From Protoeuglena noctilucae (Eukaryota): a DNA stretch of 64,000 nt. The notes below the pieces were generated by a model, which was not told the origin of the DNA, did not search any database, and saw only the letters and a program-made list of their open reading frames with translations. Where the stretch lies: NCBI GenBank assembly GCA_958009085.1, contig OY253670.1, positions 248,001 through 312,000 of the forward strand, given 5' to 3'. A program made the position numbers and the translations under genes. Below are positions 13,701 through 27,679 of the stretch, piece by piece (position 1 is the stretch's first letter; each line of letters opens with the position of its first letter).

Positions 13701-16700
13701 CCGTCCCTGCCCCCCCCGCTGTCCCCGGCGGGCACTGAGTCAGCGCATTGAAGAAACGCTGCAAAGACGCGGCAGAGCGCCCGAAGGCCTCGGGGCTCTT
13801 CAGAAAGGGGCGGAGCCATTTGGACACGGATGCGCGTTTGGGGGCGTCCGCGAAGCGCTCGTCGCACAGGAGGATGGCCCTGGGGGCAACAGAGAAGGTG
13901 GGGAGTGATGAATGCAGAGGAGGGTGGCTTGGCGGTGGGGAGGGTGCGAAGGGGCGGGTGCGGAGAAGGACGGGCTTAGTAGTGCGACCAACAGTGTGTT
14001 GAGTATTGTCGTCCTCGTGCAGCAACGTAGCACGTCGTTTCTGGCATGTATACCCAGCAGCGCGCGCCTCACCCGTAGTCGTGGCGGTGTCGGATGACGC
14101 GCCCCACCGCCTGGTTGACGGCACGCAGGGCCTGGAGGAGATACCAGTCATTACCACTGCACAGGACACGAGTCAAGATTAGTCATGAAGGACTCTGTCA
14201 TCACACGCAGTCGACTCCACGGCGATGCTTGCTGAGGAACGGTCTCCAAACGCCACAGCGCCCTCCCGCGTGCAGCCTCCTCTCACCTCAGCGCCCGCCT
14301 CTCCGGCGCCCCGTTCCTGTCCGCGGCGGCCCGCGTGAGCATCTCCATCTTGATGCGCACTTTGGGGTCCTTAATCATCGCAAAGGGTATGCCCGTCACC
14401 ACCACAGCGCGCCCCGCTGCGTCGCTGAAGTCGAGGCCCTCCGATGCCTTGCCACGGCAGACGGCGAAGAACACTGCGCCCGTGGTGCCCGGGAGGGGGC
14501 TGGCCAGGAGGGCCCGGTACCGCTCCACCACTTCCGCGAAGAGGGCGCCGTCCTTGGGCTGTGGGGGGTAGAGGTGAGGGAGGGCGCAGGTGAGCATTGG
14601 AGAAACCAGATAGCCAACAGGGTTGAGTGTCACTCATATAAAAGGGATGCGATGCGGGTGCGTCCACATGCAACACTTGCATAGTGTTGTGAGTCAAAAG
14701 GCCAGTTGCCGACCCACTCGTCACCCCTCACCTCCTCGACTGGCTGCTTGATGCGGGAGATGCGGTCCATGATGGTCCCAGACCTGTCGGCTGACGCGTC
14801 CTGGCGCCAGAAGGACAAACAGGCGTTCATCACTCCGTAGCTCGGAAAGAACACCAGCACGCCGTCGGGGACGATGCGGCTGCGGGCGGGGCAGGGACGG
14901 GGAGCGGAGATGGGTGGGATGGGTGACGTGAGGTGGGTGAGGTGGTTGGGGCAGCGGCGTGCGAGGGATGGGGAGCAGAGAGGGTGAGGTGAGTGGCGTA
15001 AGTGGGGCAGCGGAGTGGCGTGAGGTGGTTGGCTTATGAAAGGTTCTAAAGGGAGCCACGGAGCGTCGGCCCTTCACCAGAAGTTGACGATGGCGTTCCC
15101 CAGGTTGCGCTTGTACTCAGCACTGTCGCGCGTGTTGTAGGACGAGTTGAGGCGGCCGCCGAGGGGGCCGGTGGAGACGACGCCCGCCCAGACCTGCGAT
15201 GGGAGAGGTGGGTGCAGGTGCAGTGAGAGGCTGTGTGATAGTGAGACTGTCGCAGCCAACTATCATAGGTGGGAATTCATCGCCAAAGCAACGGCACCTC
15301 TCTAAAAGGAGTGGGGAGGGAGAGTGTCAGTAAAGCAGCACACACTCTCTCACCTGGCTGCCCTCAATCACCACCATTGCAGCAACACTCTCTCGCAACA
15401 CCGCCATCAATGACCACCACCACAGCAACACACACTCCCTCTCTCACCTGGCTGCCCTCGATCACGTGCTCGTTCTCGAGCGTCACGTCGAAGGGCACCC
15501 GCAGCTCATAGGAGAAGGAGGACAGGGGCGCCAGGGTGCCCGACGTCAAAACGAGGTTCCGGGTGCCCTCCGCTACCAGGGCCTGCATGGCCACGCCGGG
15601 GGAGAAGCACCACAGGGCCAGGCGCGTGGTGGAGGCGATGCGGTCCGGGCCACCCACGCGCTGCCTGCGGGGGAAGGGCGGCGGCGTGGTTAACGTGCGA
15701 CTCACTAGCTAGTGGGGCTGTGAATAACGCCCTGTTGAAGTCATAACAGCCTCTCCCCGCATGCGCATGGTGGGCATGTCCATTTGCCATACACGCATGC
15801 CAAATGGGCATGTGAATGTCGTATGCCTCGCCTGCACAGGTGCACGCGGCACTCGGTGTGGATGGGTGCATTGGTGCCGTAGAGGCACCCGGCGGTGCGC
15901 TGCATGGTCTCCAGTGACTCTAGGAATCTGCCCAGCGCCACGGGGCCGTTGCGGGAGGGCCGGGAGGCGCCGAGGACGGACGCGGCTGCGGTGGAGCGCT
16001 CCGATGACTGCGGTGGGGATAGTAATGGGCATACGTGACTAGCAACGACTGGAAACATTATTAAACATGACTAGAGATGCACCCAGGGGCAGGGGTGGCG
16101 ACCAGCATGGCGACGGGCTGGCGTAGGTTGCCGACGGTCGACACAAACTGAGTAACAATGGTCCTCAGTCACGCTGTCCCTGCCTCACCACTTTAATGAC
16201 GTTCTGTATCTCTGCCACCAGGGCATCGACCCCCTCCCCCGGCTCCACTTTGCACTTCTTCAGCCACTCAAAGGGCCACGAGCCGGGGCGCACGTCCTGC
16301 GTTGCAAATGCATGGAAGAGGACCGTGGGTCAAGGTGGCTGAGGGAGTGGGTGAGGTGCCGAGAGTGGCACAAGCAGTGCTACTTACGCACCAATCGACC
16401 TGTCGACTTAATGTTTGCCTCACCTCCTGGTCCGCCTTGGGTGTGGGCCCCAGCGTCGCATCCAATGCGTCGCACAGGTCCTGGAGGATCTTCTGAAGGA
16501 TGGCCAAGTTCTCGGCAGTCGTGACGGAGAAGGAAGGCGGAGGGTCGAGGTCGCCGTCGTTGATCTTGCGGTACCACTGCGCAAGCGGCGTCGGCATGAG
16601 GGTTGGATGGGATGCCACGGCCGGCCGATGCAACGCGGCGACGGCGCGGCTGAGCAACGACATGCGATGTGCAGCACATGCAGACGGGGTCAGCGTATTG

Positions 16701-18447
16701 GCATCGGCAGATTGACTCGCCTCGAGGACGGTGCCGACCTCGTCCGCCGCTTGCTGCAGGGAGAAGGCGGTGATTTCGAAACTGACCGAGTCTGCGCAGA
16801 CTTGCTCGATGTTGTGCGCCTCGTCCACGATCACGATGCGGTTGTCCAGGTTCAGCTCCTGAGGAGAAAGGTGCGAAAGGCACACGTGAAGGGCGGTGAA
16901 GTGGGAGGGGACTGAGTAGTGTCGTGGTCTGCCGACCCGGCACTCCGTGCGTGCCGCAACTCGGCACCAATCATGCATTCACGCTTGCCTCGCTCTGCAT
17001 CTCTGACAGTCATCAGTGCCACTCGCCTTAATGCCCTTCCGTATCTTGGGGTCCACCAGGTAGTTGTAAGGGACGAGGTGCAAGTCCGCGTCCTTGGCAA
17101 AGGCGCGGGACAGGTAGTACGGGCAGGGACCGTATGGCTCCCCCGTCCCCTGCTGAGGGCGAAAGGTGACGCGGGTCGACGCATAAGGAAGGAGGCAAGC
17201 GACGAGCAAGGGGTCGACCGCGGTGGCAACGGCCGCGGTGACAGCCCCGGGCTGCGACATGGCGTTGGATGTTCCCGATCGACTCTCGTGAGCTTCACCA
17301 CAGCATCATACATCTATCGACACAATCTCACCTCCCCTTTGCCGATGGAGATGAGGTCTTCGATGTCGCATGTGGGGCGATAGAGCGTGGCGAGCCGCGT
17401 GGTGTCCCTGCTAACCGCGGACCACTTCCGGCCCCACTGGCACTTGTCCTGGTTGCACAGCGCCGCGCAACGGGCGTTGGCGGTGCTGTTTGGCATCTTG
17501 GACACCTCGGGATGCAGGCAGAGCTGCGTGCGGGAGGCCAGGACCACGGCAGACACCGTGTAGGGCGTCTTGCGGAGCTCGCGGACGACCTGCGCGAGCT
17601 GCGAGTGCGTGCGGCTCGAGTAGATGACGGATGGAAGTCCGCCAGTGAAGCCGCCGGGAGGGGCGGACAAGCCGGCGGCGGGGGTGGCGTCGGGGTCGGC
17701 GTGGAACTGGCCGGCGGCGTCGGAGCTGTGGAGCTTGGCGAGGAAGCGCAGATGCGCACTCTCTGCGGCGGGTGCCTGGTATGAGCCCGGGCGGGTGGGG
17801 TCCATCGGCTGCAGGGGCCGGGGACAGGCGATGTGGTATACGATGGGAGCGGTGCAGGGCGCTCGCGCCATCCATTGACTTCGCACGCTTGCCTGCATGT
17901 CAGCCAGCTGAGCCTTGACCGACTCACGCCACGCCAGCGTCGCGCACAGCAAGCAGAGCGTCTGCGCGCGCGGAGGACGCATAGGTGTCTGTGCGCGGAC
18001 CCGAATGCAATTACGTGTATTTCCAACGCGTATCGCTTGCTCGAAGCGGGCGGCGTCACCTTCCCGGTGCCCGTCGGGGACTCCAAAAGTGCGTTGGTGC
18101 CGTTTTGAAGCGCCTCAATGACCTTCGCCATGTACACGACCTGAGGACGAGGGAGAGCATGCGTGTGAATGCAGCGGCCAGGGAAGGCGACCGGAACGGC
18201 GCGGCGAGGCAGAGCCGGACGGGCTCGCTTGCCTGGGCTTGGTACGCCTGGTACGGGAAATGGACGTCGATCCCCCGGATCTTGTACGTGTAGAACGTTT
18301 TCTGCGGACGTAAAGATGCGGTTCATGCAATGGTGATTGCGCCTGCGAGCCCACGCGCCGCAGAGTCTCGGGTCCCCGCTGAGCGCAGCGCACCTCCTGC
18401 TCCTCCCCCGCCGGGGCCGCGGCGGTGGCACCAAACCCCGTCGCCAT
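10729..18447 (-). CDS. RTEL1: Regulator of telomere elongation helicase 1 (RAD3/XPD-family Fe-S helicase), many exons
   Basis: [45 protein letters not shown], Fe-S cysteines (QLCLHP...RCAALC...KC, CPYY), [47 protein letters not shown]...[12 protein letters not shown]; harmonin-N-like region at ~12560-12790; C-terminal C4C4 finger. Confidence 0.92.
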
Positions 18448-18872
18448 CTCGCCCCGTCCTATACGCCTTCCATAGAAAACATCGGTTGTTAAACTGGGGC
18501 TTGTCTAATCCTCTGAGCGCGGCACAGGCCAAAAGTGTATTGTCACGCAAACGCGCCGGGGATGGAGGCCTTGCGAACTTTCGTTAGCCGCGCCGGGTGC
18601 CGGCAACGTGTGCTCCGGCTCTCGCATCCCCAGGCACTGGCAGAAGGGCGAAACGAGGCGATTTGGCGACGCCACTTCTTGCCGGAAAGCAGCGTCGTGG
18701 TGTGGCACGTCTTGGGCTCGCCACCGTCGTCTGGTCGACGAGCAGACTATATCTCGTCGTCTTTTTGCTCCGGCATCGACTCCTTCGTAGAGAGAATCGC
18801 GGGGACGGCTGCCCGAGTGAAAGTGGCATTTGGGAAGCGCGGAGGCCTCCGCCGAGGGATCGGGGCGCAACA

Positions 18873-21254
18873 ATGGCGTTGAGTGCACGAGTGGTTCTCA
18901 CCGTCCACGCGTCCCGGGGTGCAGGGCCGGCGCCGGTGTGTCGGCCTTGCCTTGTGGGGGAGAGGGCCCGCGATGTCGCCCGGGGGGTCGTCCTCGCTAG
19001 GGACGCCGCGCGTCCCTCGGTTGCGACGAACAGCGTGGTGGACTCTGCCACCCGCTCGTCCACGGCCCTGCACATCTCGCGGCCCACGGGCAAGTTCCGC
19101 CTCGGCCTGCCGTCCAAGGGCCGGATGTCCGAGGACACGATGCAGCTGCTGGAGGTGCGATGCTGATGCTGTCGCTTACAAGTAACTGCATCGTCGGCGC
19201 TTTCGTCGGTGGCTTTACGCGTCCCAATGGCCCTGATTCCATGGCTTGCTTGCGCCTGCTGGTGTCACCCGCATCCGCGTCGACGGGCAGCGCTGCCTCC
19301 TTTGCCGCGTCGCGCGATGGAATTCTGGGCCCCTTGCCGTGCTCCAGCCCCGCCGACGAGCCCCGAGATCTCGGGCATCGGGCCTCGGGCCTCGGCGCGC
19401 CTTTGGGTGCTATCCGTGGCACGGGCCCGCGCGCCTGGCAGATTTCCAATCGCTATGTATCACGAACTCGACAATTCTTGCATACGCATCCATCTAGATC
19501 CTGCAAGACCCCAGCCAGGCCCCGCGAGGGGCTGGATCCTCACGACGCTCCTTGCCTCGACTTGAACGCAGGACTGCGGGCTCAAGGTGAAGAAGGTGAA
19601 CCCCCGGCAGTACGCTGCGACGATCGACGACCTTCCTCAGGTGGAGGTGTGGCTCCAGCGCGCGTCGGACATCGTGCGGCGCATCCGGGCGGGGGACATC
19701 GACGTCGGCATTCTCGGCAACGACATGGGTGCGCGCCGCGTCCGCTCCGCCCGCCGGCTGCTGCATGGAGTGGCGGTGTTGACAAAGAACATGTGCGGTC
19801 CCCGCAGTGGTCGAGTACGGCGAGGAGGACGACGACATCATCGTCATCCATGACAGCCTCGGCTTTGGCAAGTGCCACCTGGCGCTGGGGATCCCGACGG
19901 ACGGCATCTTTGCGCACGTCGACTCGCTGAAGGACCTCCTCGCCATGCCGGAGGTGCGGGGCCTCCCGGCGCGTGGCAAGCGACCATGGCTCTGTGATGC
20001 ATGGGTGGCATTTCGTGACAACCGACCCTCTCGGCCCCTCTCGCAGTGGAAGGAGCGCCCCCTGCGCGTCGTGACTGGCTACCGCTACGTGGCCCAGTCG
20101 TTCTTCGCCAAGCACAACTTCACCAACTACGGCGAGTGCTCGGCAGCTGCGAGGACCGACGACCAAACATCGCACCTGTCCCTCAGTGCCCGCTGTTACC
20201 ACCCCACCTCCTCCTCACTCGCCCTCTGCCCTCTCTCCCCAGAGCTCTGCTCGGCCGACGGTGCCCTGGAGGCCGCGCCCAAGATGGGGTACGCCGACAT
20301 CATCCTTGACCTGGTGTCCACGGGCACGACCCTGCGCGAGAACAACCTGAAGGAGATCGAGGGGGCGCGCATGCTCGAGTCCCAGGGGGTGCTCGTGGGG
20401 TCCCGGAAGGCCCTTGAGGCCAACCCGGTGCTGTTAGCCGTGGTGCGGGAGCTGATTGAGAGGCTCGAGGCGCACCTGGAGGCGAACAAGTTCTGGACGG
20501 GTAAGAGGTGGTGGGATGAGGGTGACCGGGTCTGGATGAATGAACGGGTGGGATCAGGGGTGGGGTGTGCGCAGCTGATTGGAGCACGAGTAGCCAGAGG
20601 AAGGGAAACCACCAAGCGCTTTCCATAACATGGCTTGCAAATAATGCACCGCTCTCTTCTTGACTGCGCTGTCCTGGCCGTCGCAGCCATCCGTGCGACT
20701 GCGCACGCGTGACGAGAAGCAGCGTCCCCTGTCTCTCATCTTGCAGTGACGGTGAACATGACGGGCAGCGATCCGAGGGAGATCGCCACGCGGCTGCTGT
20801 CGCGGCCGGGGCTGGGCGGGCTGACGGGCCCCACCGTGAGCCCGGTGTTCACGCGGGCGGAAGACGGCACGACTGTGCAGATGCCGGGCGTGTACGCAGC
20901 GGTGGTGTCGGTGCCCAAGAAGCAACTGTACAAGGCAGTCAAGGCGAGGGGGCAGTGACTGTGCAAGGCATATGTGCAGTGAAGTCGGGGGTTAGCTACT
21001 GTGCAGCGCAGGGCCAAGGCAGCCAAGTGTGCCTGCGAGGGGTGCCTGCCGTCGCTGCTGCAGCACATTGCACATGTTTTATGCATCCCATTGCGTGCGC
21101 CTCCCTCTTGCCACCACTGCAGGAGATCCGCAAGGCCGGCGGGTCGGGGGTGCTCGTGTCTCCGATGACGTACATCTTTGATGAGGAGCCGCCCCGGTGG
21201 AAGAACCTCCTCAGCACGCTGGGCAAGACGGCCGCGGACGTGCCCGAGCTGTAG
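18873..21254 (+). CDS. HISN1: ATP phosphoribosyltransferase (long form), probably plastid-targeted; 7 exons
   Basis: [102 protein letters not shown]; Ala/Arg/Ser-rich N-terminus. Confidence 0.95.
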
Positions 21255-21428
21255 CGATGACGGCTTAGCTATAGCGATGCGGCTGCGTCGTGGCATCCGG
21301 GGATTTGAAATGGCAGACGTGGAATTGGGGTCTTTCACTGCTTGGGTGGTGACAGAGACTGCTGTGCTACACAATCAAGTGCAAGTGTTGATCTAGCGAT
21401 CCAAAGCAAAACCAAGTCGGCGACTCCT

Positions 21429-24400
21429 TCAGTCCGCGCCGTCCGCGCTCTGCACCCTGAGCACCGCCACGTCTGCCCCCGCCGCGTGCAGCACGTGCAG
21501 CCACGCCACCTGCTGGTCGGACAGACGGTCCCCGGGACTCTTGACCTCCACCAAACGACCCTGACTCGTCTGCAGAAAAAAGGTGAGCGCATGCTGATCC
21601 AACAGAGCAACAGGAGCCCCACGGGGCCCAAAGAACACTTGTTGTGTGACACCCACTCCAGTCCACATGACGACGTACACTATCCCATGCAGAGGGGGAC
21701 CCTGCCTGCATAGTACCATGGTTCTTTCACCCCTCCATCTCTTTACCACACGTCTCCGACTCTCGCCCTTCACCTTCTCATTCACCAGGACGAGGTCCGG
21801 CAGCCCCGCCCGCCACGACGCGTGGTCCCTCAGCAGCCGCTCCACCACGGCAGCCAGGGGCTCGCCCGCGAACGCACCCGCCACCAGCAGCACCTCTTCT
21901 AACCCCGTCGCCTCCCAGGCCACCCCAGGGGCCGCCTCGCCGCAGTGGCACACCCACGCCGCCCTGCAAGGGTGGCAGGGCAAGGTGGTATGACCAGCAA
22001 TACAATCACTTAACACGCACCTCACGGTACTCACACTCGGCTCAATATACGCGCACCGCCACTCACCTCACGCGCTCTCGGGCGGCATCCGGCCCCAAGC
22101 CCCTCAGCTCTGCAACTAGCGCATCAATGGCCGCCCCCCGCCGCCGCCCAAAGTCGGCTGTCCCGAAGTCGAGCGGCGCTGCCTGTGCGCGCTGCACGAA
22201 CGCCCCAGGTATTGGCGCGAAGACCACGTCCCATCCCAGCAGCGCCGTCAGGGCTGCCCAGATGCGCCCCTCGCAGTGCCACCCCCGCCACCCCAGGCTC
22301 GCGTAGTGCTCCAACGCGAGGGCCTCCACGGTTATCCGCTCGTTGCTCTCCCCGTAGTACGACAGTCGCGTGCCCAGGGGCGGGGCGGCACGCGGCGTTG
22401 ACGACGGAGGGGTGGACGCTGGAGCCTTGGCGCAACTGCTGACCGCAACTGCACTTGCCGCCCCGTCCGCGGCACCGTTTGCAGCACTTCCCGCCGTATG
22501 GGTCGCAGCCCCACCGGCCACCCGGTCCGTCACTCTCTGCGCCGGTTGTGCCCGGTCGTCGCAGCACAGCCCCTCCGTTCCCAGCGCACGGGACTCCGCC
22601 GGCGCGGCGTTTCGTGCCGTGATGTGCTCAAGCGCGTTGGCGCTGATAAACTCCACGGGCGGTGTCCAGGCAGCCTCCCGGGCCCAAGAAGGCGTGCGCC
22701 ACCGCCGGGGTGGCCGGCTCATCCGCAGCACACGCTTCCTCAGAGCCCAGAGGTCCCCCGCGGCCACGTCTGGGTCCGCGATGCCCTCCTCGGCCGCCTC
22801 CAGCGACTGCGGTTACACCACGAGAATGGGTATTGATCGCTTGACCACTTGCTTTAGTCAGTGGAGTGGGTTGAGCACAGAGCGACGCAACGGACTCCAC
22901 GAGGCACTGGCTTCGGCCACTCGCTTGCAAGTCCCTGTCGATAGACACTGCCACTCTCAGTCTACCACCACTCACCTGCAGGTCTCTCCCCAGGTGCTGG
23001 AGGTCCGTGCTGAGGCGTAGGTGCCACCACCCCCGCCTCCGCCGCAGCACCCCCTTGGCCAGCAGCAGGCGAAGCATGACGCACGCCTCATCAAAACGCC
23101 GCAGCTTCTCCAACTGGGGGGGGAGGGAGAGGAAAGGCCAGAGGTGCGCTTGGTAGGGTCAACAGCAACCCTACCTTGCATGGTCTCTAAGCGCCCTGTG
23201 CACCACGACCCTCACCGCAGAGACGGCGACGTCGAGGCCGAGGGCGCAGACGGCAGCAGCGGTGAAGTCCTCCGCCATGGCCTCGTGCGTTGCTGCGACA
23301 GCGCTGCCGTTGACCATCGCTGCGGCGTTGGTGCCTTGGACCGCGTCAGGGGTCGTTCTCAGCTGACGTTCGAGATCAGTAGCTATTGCCAAGAGGCCGT
23401 CCATGTCCCCGTCCTCTGCTGCCTGCAGGGATTGAGGGCGGTCGAACAAGCAAGGTTCGCGTCAATTTGTCCAATGTGCCGTGATGTGCTGTGCTTGAAA
23501 AAGCAGCTGGGCTGACAGGATGGAAAATGCGATTACACTCAACGTCAGCACATCACCTTGTCCAATGCCCTGGCCTTCCGCAGGCACCACTCGTACGCCA
23601 GCATGTCGCCCCTTGCGGCGAACAGCGGTGCACCAGGCACCATTTCGCATGCCGGGTACCTGAGACACAGAACGAGAAGCAAAATCTGTAGTGCTTGGTT
23701 GTTTGGTGCTACTTGGGACAAGCCAGCATGGTCTGAGGTGCTCGTTGTCGATGCACCAATGCAAGTGAGCGGCTGTGTGTGCCCACGACAACCACTCTCC
23801 CCTTTCCAGCCAACAACTCGAGTCATTCCATCCATAGCATCCGCAGCGCCTCGTCTCACCGAAAAAACCCTCGTGCTTCCCCCCCACCGTCCGTAAATGC
23901 CCGTCCCTCGTCCGCTAAGTACAGCCGTCGAAGGGCATTCAGCAGCCACCGCACGTGCCCGCGGACGCTCACGACGGGACCGGTCACGGCCACGAACGCT
24001 GAAAACAAGCGGCGCAGGGCCGGCGGCGCCCACGCGGCGTCTCCGCCCCCGGTCCTCTCTCGCAGACCCGCACGCTCCCCTGCTCCAGGACTCCCGCCGC
24101 CAGGCAACGACTCAGTGTTTGCCAAAAACGCCGGCTCTCGCGGTGGAGATGGCTCGTTCCCCAGCGCCGCCTCATGCAACCCAGCCTCGTTCCCGCTGCC
24201 GTCGCCCCCGACAGGCACGGCTTGCAGCAGAGGCGGGTCTGCAGGCTCTCCCCACGTCGCATCCGCGCCGTCCCACCGCATCGCTGCGTCCAGGCCCGCC
24301 CCGTCACCCGCGCCACTGCTACAAGCGTCCCACGCCCCCACCGTCCACCTCGCGTCCCTTGCTTGCCGCAGCCAGTCTAACAGCAGCCCCACCAGCGCAT

Positions 24401-27002
24401 CCTTGATCTTCGCACCCTTGATCGGCAATCCCAGGCGCCGGCAAACCTCCTTGGCCTCCCGCACCGTCAGCAAGGACAGCCACGGCACGCAGCCCTGCAA
24501 AGACGAGCATACGGTGGACATTTGACGACGCCCCTGCGAGTCTGCACGCTCCTGCGTCTACAGAGTATGTTACACAACAGGACTTTGGCAGCGAGTGGCA
24601 GTGGCGATTGCTGTGCTTGTGACCAAGGCCTGCCAGCCAGACACTGGCAGTTGCAAAATGTCTTGCCAGTCACACCTGGGTAATTGCCTCAGCCCCGTCT
24701 CCTCCGTTCGCCGGGGCCTCGGGGACGCTCGTCGTGAGCCCCGCGGCCTCCAGCTCCCTCAGCTCGCTCTCCACGCCCGGCCCATTCCGAAGCGATGCCT
24801 GCCTGGCCCAGGGCAACGCCCGCGACGCCAGGCACAGCAGCGTCTGCCGGGCGCCCCGACTCAGCGCCGCGAGCGCCCGGAGCTGCGCCGTCTCGTCGTC
24901 GGTGAAGAGCAGAGGAGCTTGGGACAGGGCCTGCGAAGTGCAAGTGCAACGGCGGGGTTCGCCGGGGACAGCTCTCGCCAATCGCACGCGCCCCATCTTG
25001 ACCATCGCATCAGCCTGAAGCAGATATACTAGACGAGACGACTATAGCCAACATCATCGCATGTTATCATTCCATGCACAAAAGGCCGCACCTGGTCGAC
25101 GGCTGCAGCCAGGTGCCCCGCAGCTGCAGCTGCCGCGGTCACTCTGTCGCCTTGCGTGTTGCATGTGCCGCGGATGCTGCCGAGCCGCGCCAGCGCCGCC
25201 TCCCGAAGGCACCCCTGGGTCCGTTGCAGGTCCACAGAGACCCTGCGATGGTGGGGAACTTGCCGTGTTTAACAACATCGCCGGCCCTGTCTACGCCGAT
25301 TTACAGGCACAAAGAAGGCAAAGCTGCTCTCTGTTCTGAGGCAGCCTCACGTGATGCGTACGGGAATCGCAATGGGGAGGCGGGCGCCGTCGACGGTCTC
25401 AATGCCAGGGGATGGCAACACGCCATCGACCGTCGCTGCCCCGTCCACCGCCTCATCCGCCGCTCGGTCGATGGGCTGGCCGACGCACTCAGTCAAGCCC
25501 ACCACAACCCCTGCATCAATATGAGAGTCGAAATGCTTTCTTTAAAGTGACAAGCGACCCGCAACAAGTGACACTGCAACGCTCTGGCTGACACTGCAGG
25601 ATCACATGTAAACAATCGACCCACCACGGCAGGAAACAACGGATAGTAAAGCAGTCTGTAATCATACGCGCCAACACAGTAGCGGCACCAACGACCCCAG
25701 GCTTGCACCCTCACCCCAGGCTTGGGCGTCCAGGCAGTCGAGTGCCGGGGCGAGCGCCAGAGACACACGGCGTGGCAGCCATCCCACGTGAACCCAGGCA
25801 GCGCCGTCCACTGCATTCCCACCGTCGTTGCCAGGGCCCGACGTAGCGGAGCCTTCGCCCACAACGGCACCCGTACATGCACCCTCCAGCGTCGCAGCCT
25901 TGAAGATGGCGCAGGCGTTGCGATCTGCGGGGTTCCAAGACTCCCGCACGATGCGCAGCGTCGTTCCCGGCGTCAAGGAAGCCACCGCTGACGCGTGCGC
26001 GGCGCGGGTCGGGCCCTGCACGCAAGCCAGGAGTGGCACTGATGGCGGCGGTGGTGGCGGCGATGGCGAGAGCAGGCGCACTGGGAGAGTAGTAAAGCCT
26101 CGAACCTGCTTAAATCGGCCATGCAGCTGTCGTATGCCGACGATGTCGGTGAGGACGTCTGCCTTGACCACTCCCGCTGCGCCGTCTGTTGACCCAAAGT
26201 CGCCTGCGCCTGGGCGCGGCATGCATCCTTCCATTGCCATGACGCGCTCTGGACCTGCTTCTCCAGCCGCTGTCCGTCCTTCCTGTACTAAAGGACTCCC
26301 GCAGCGCCGCTCCACAGCAGCCGGAGACCCTCCACGCTCCGCACGCTGGGAGCGCAGGCCGGCAACGCCAGAGCCCGCAGCGACGGGTCGCGACGGCCCC
26401 GCGACGTCCGTCTTATCGTCCGACACCTCGATGACGCCATCGCCGGCCCCTGGCTGCGCCTCCCGTGCGAATCGGCCCCGCGTGCTGGGTTCGCGGGGCC
26501 CTTCCTCCCTGCGGGGCCGTTTTGTCGGAGCTAGGAACGCCACCAGGCTCCCCTGCTTGACCTTCCGTTTCGACGCATCGCCCCGCAATAGCAGACAGCT
26601 GTCCAGGTGGCCGTTGATGGCGGCCTGGGGATGCAGCTCCCCACAAATGGGGCAGCGGACCTCGTCCGCGTCGTCCTCAGGCGTCCTGCGGGCAGCATTG
26701 GATACAAACGTTTATACTGCTCGAGGCGGGGTCGACAGAAGCGTCGTGGATGTCGCGAAAGCCATTGCAAAGAGTGGTTACCGGCGCTTTCGCGAGTTGC
26801 CGCCGCCTTGGTCGTCCTCCTTGCTCGAGACCTCCGCAGCGACATCTACGTCACACGGGCTCGTGGAGCGGCCATCGGATGGGTCGGGCCCTGGGTAGCT
26901 GCCCCCCTGCGGGATTGCTCCCCAGCAATGCTCCGGCAACGCGTAGCCCCCATCGGCGCGACGGCCCAGCTTGCGCTGCAGAGACGTGTGGCCTTTCAGC
27001 AT
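21429..27002 (-). CDS. FAN1: Fanconi-associated nuclease 1 (UBZ, HIRAN, SAP, TPR, VRR-NUC); spliced
   Basis: N-terminus MLKGHTSLQRKLGRR; UBZ CPICGELHPQAAINGHLDSC; HIRAN-like RESWNPADRNAC...VGWLPRRVS; SAP LTVREAKEVCRRLGL; RRGWWHLRLSTDLQHLG; VEALALEHY...GWHCEG; GLPDLVL...LVEVKSPGDRLSDQQVAW. Confidence 0.92.
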
Positions 27003-27679
27003 GTCGAGGAGCTGCTTAAACAGAGCATCGCCTCATCCTCTCAGAGGCGGGACACGGGCGCATGGGCACGGCTCCCACGCTGGGCCCCGCAGAACATGTC
27101 GGCAAAACTGCTCTATCTGTTTGTGCGCTGAGAAAATAGGAGGCAAGCCAAGGGATGAATGGCATGGATAGCGGCGTCTCAAAACGATTCCATCGTGACA
27201 CATTTTGTCCAAGCCCTAGCGCAACTACTACCCTACCCCGGAGATAAAAGGGAGCAATGATTGCAGGTCCGGCCTCCTCGATCACAAAGTAACAAATCGT
27301 AGCTCCCCCTGACAATCTTCGCTGCCCAAAAGTGCTGAATCAATACCCCTGTTCACAGCAACGCAACGTCCCTCCCTCCCTGGTCCAACGTGGGCAGTAG
27401 GTGAGCCAAGACATAGCCAGGCTCTCGATGCAGCTTGCACTTATCGTGCAGCATGGCACCGGCGTCTTGCGCCCGCCTTGGCTAGCGCGGTTACCATCTG
27501 TCGCATGCGCAACATTGCAAGGTTGACCCGGCTGCCATCCGCGGAACATCGACGGAGAACCCGCGTGCGATGACTTCCTTGTCGATGTTACCATAGCCAG
27601 GTGCCCACGGCGTCTCTGTAAACTCACGCAACAGCCGGGATGACCGTGCCAAACGCCTCCCGATCGGCTTTGTCGCAGA

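Noticed and set aside
25828..26898. Long plus-strand ORF (356 aa) and similar long ORFs such as 46540-47598, 29609-30772 and 33696-34688
   Set aside because: Antisense shadows of real genes, expected from high GC and scarce stop codons; no recognisable motifs.
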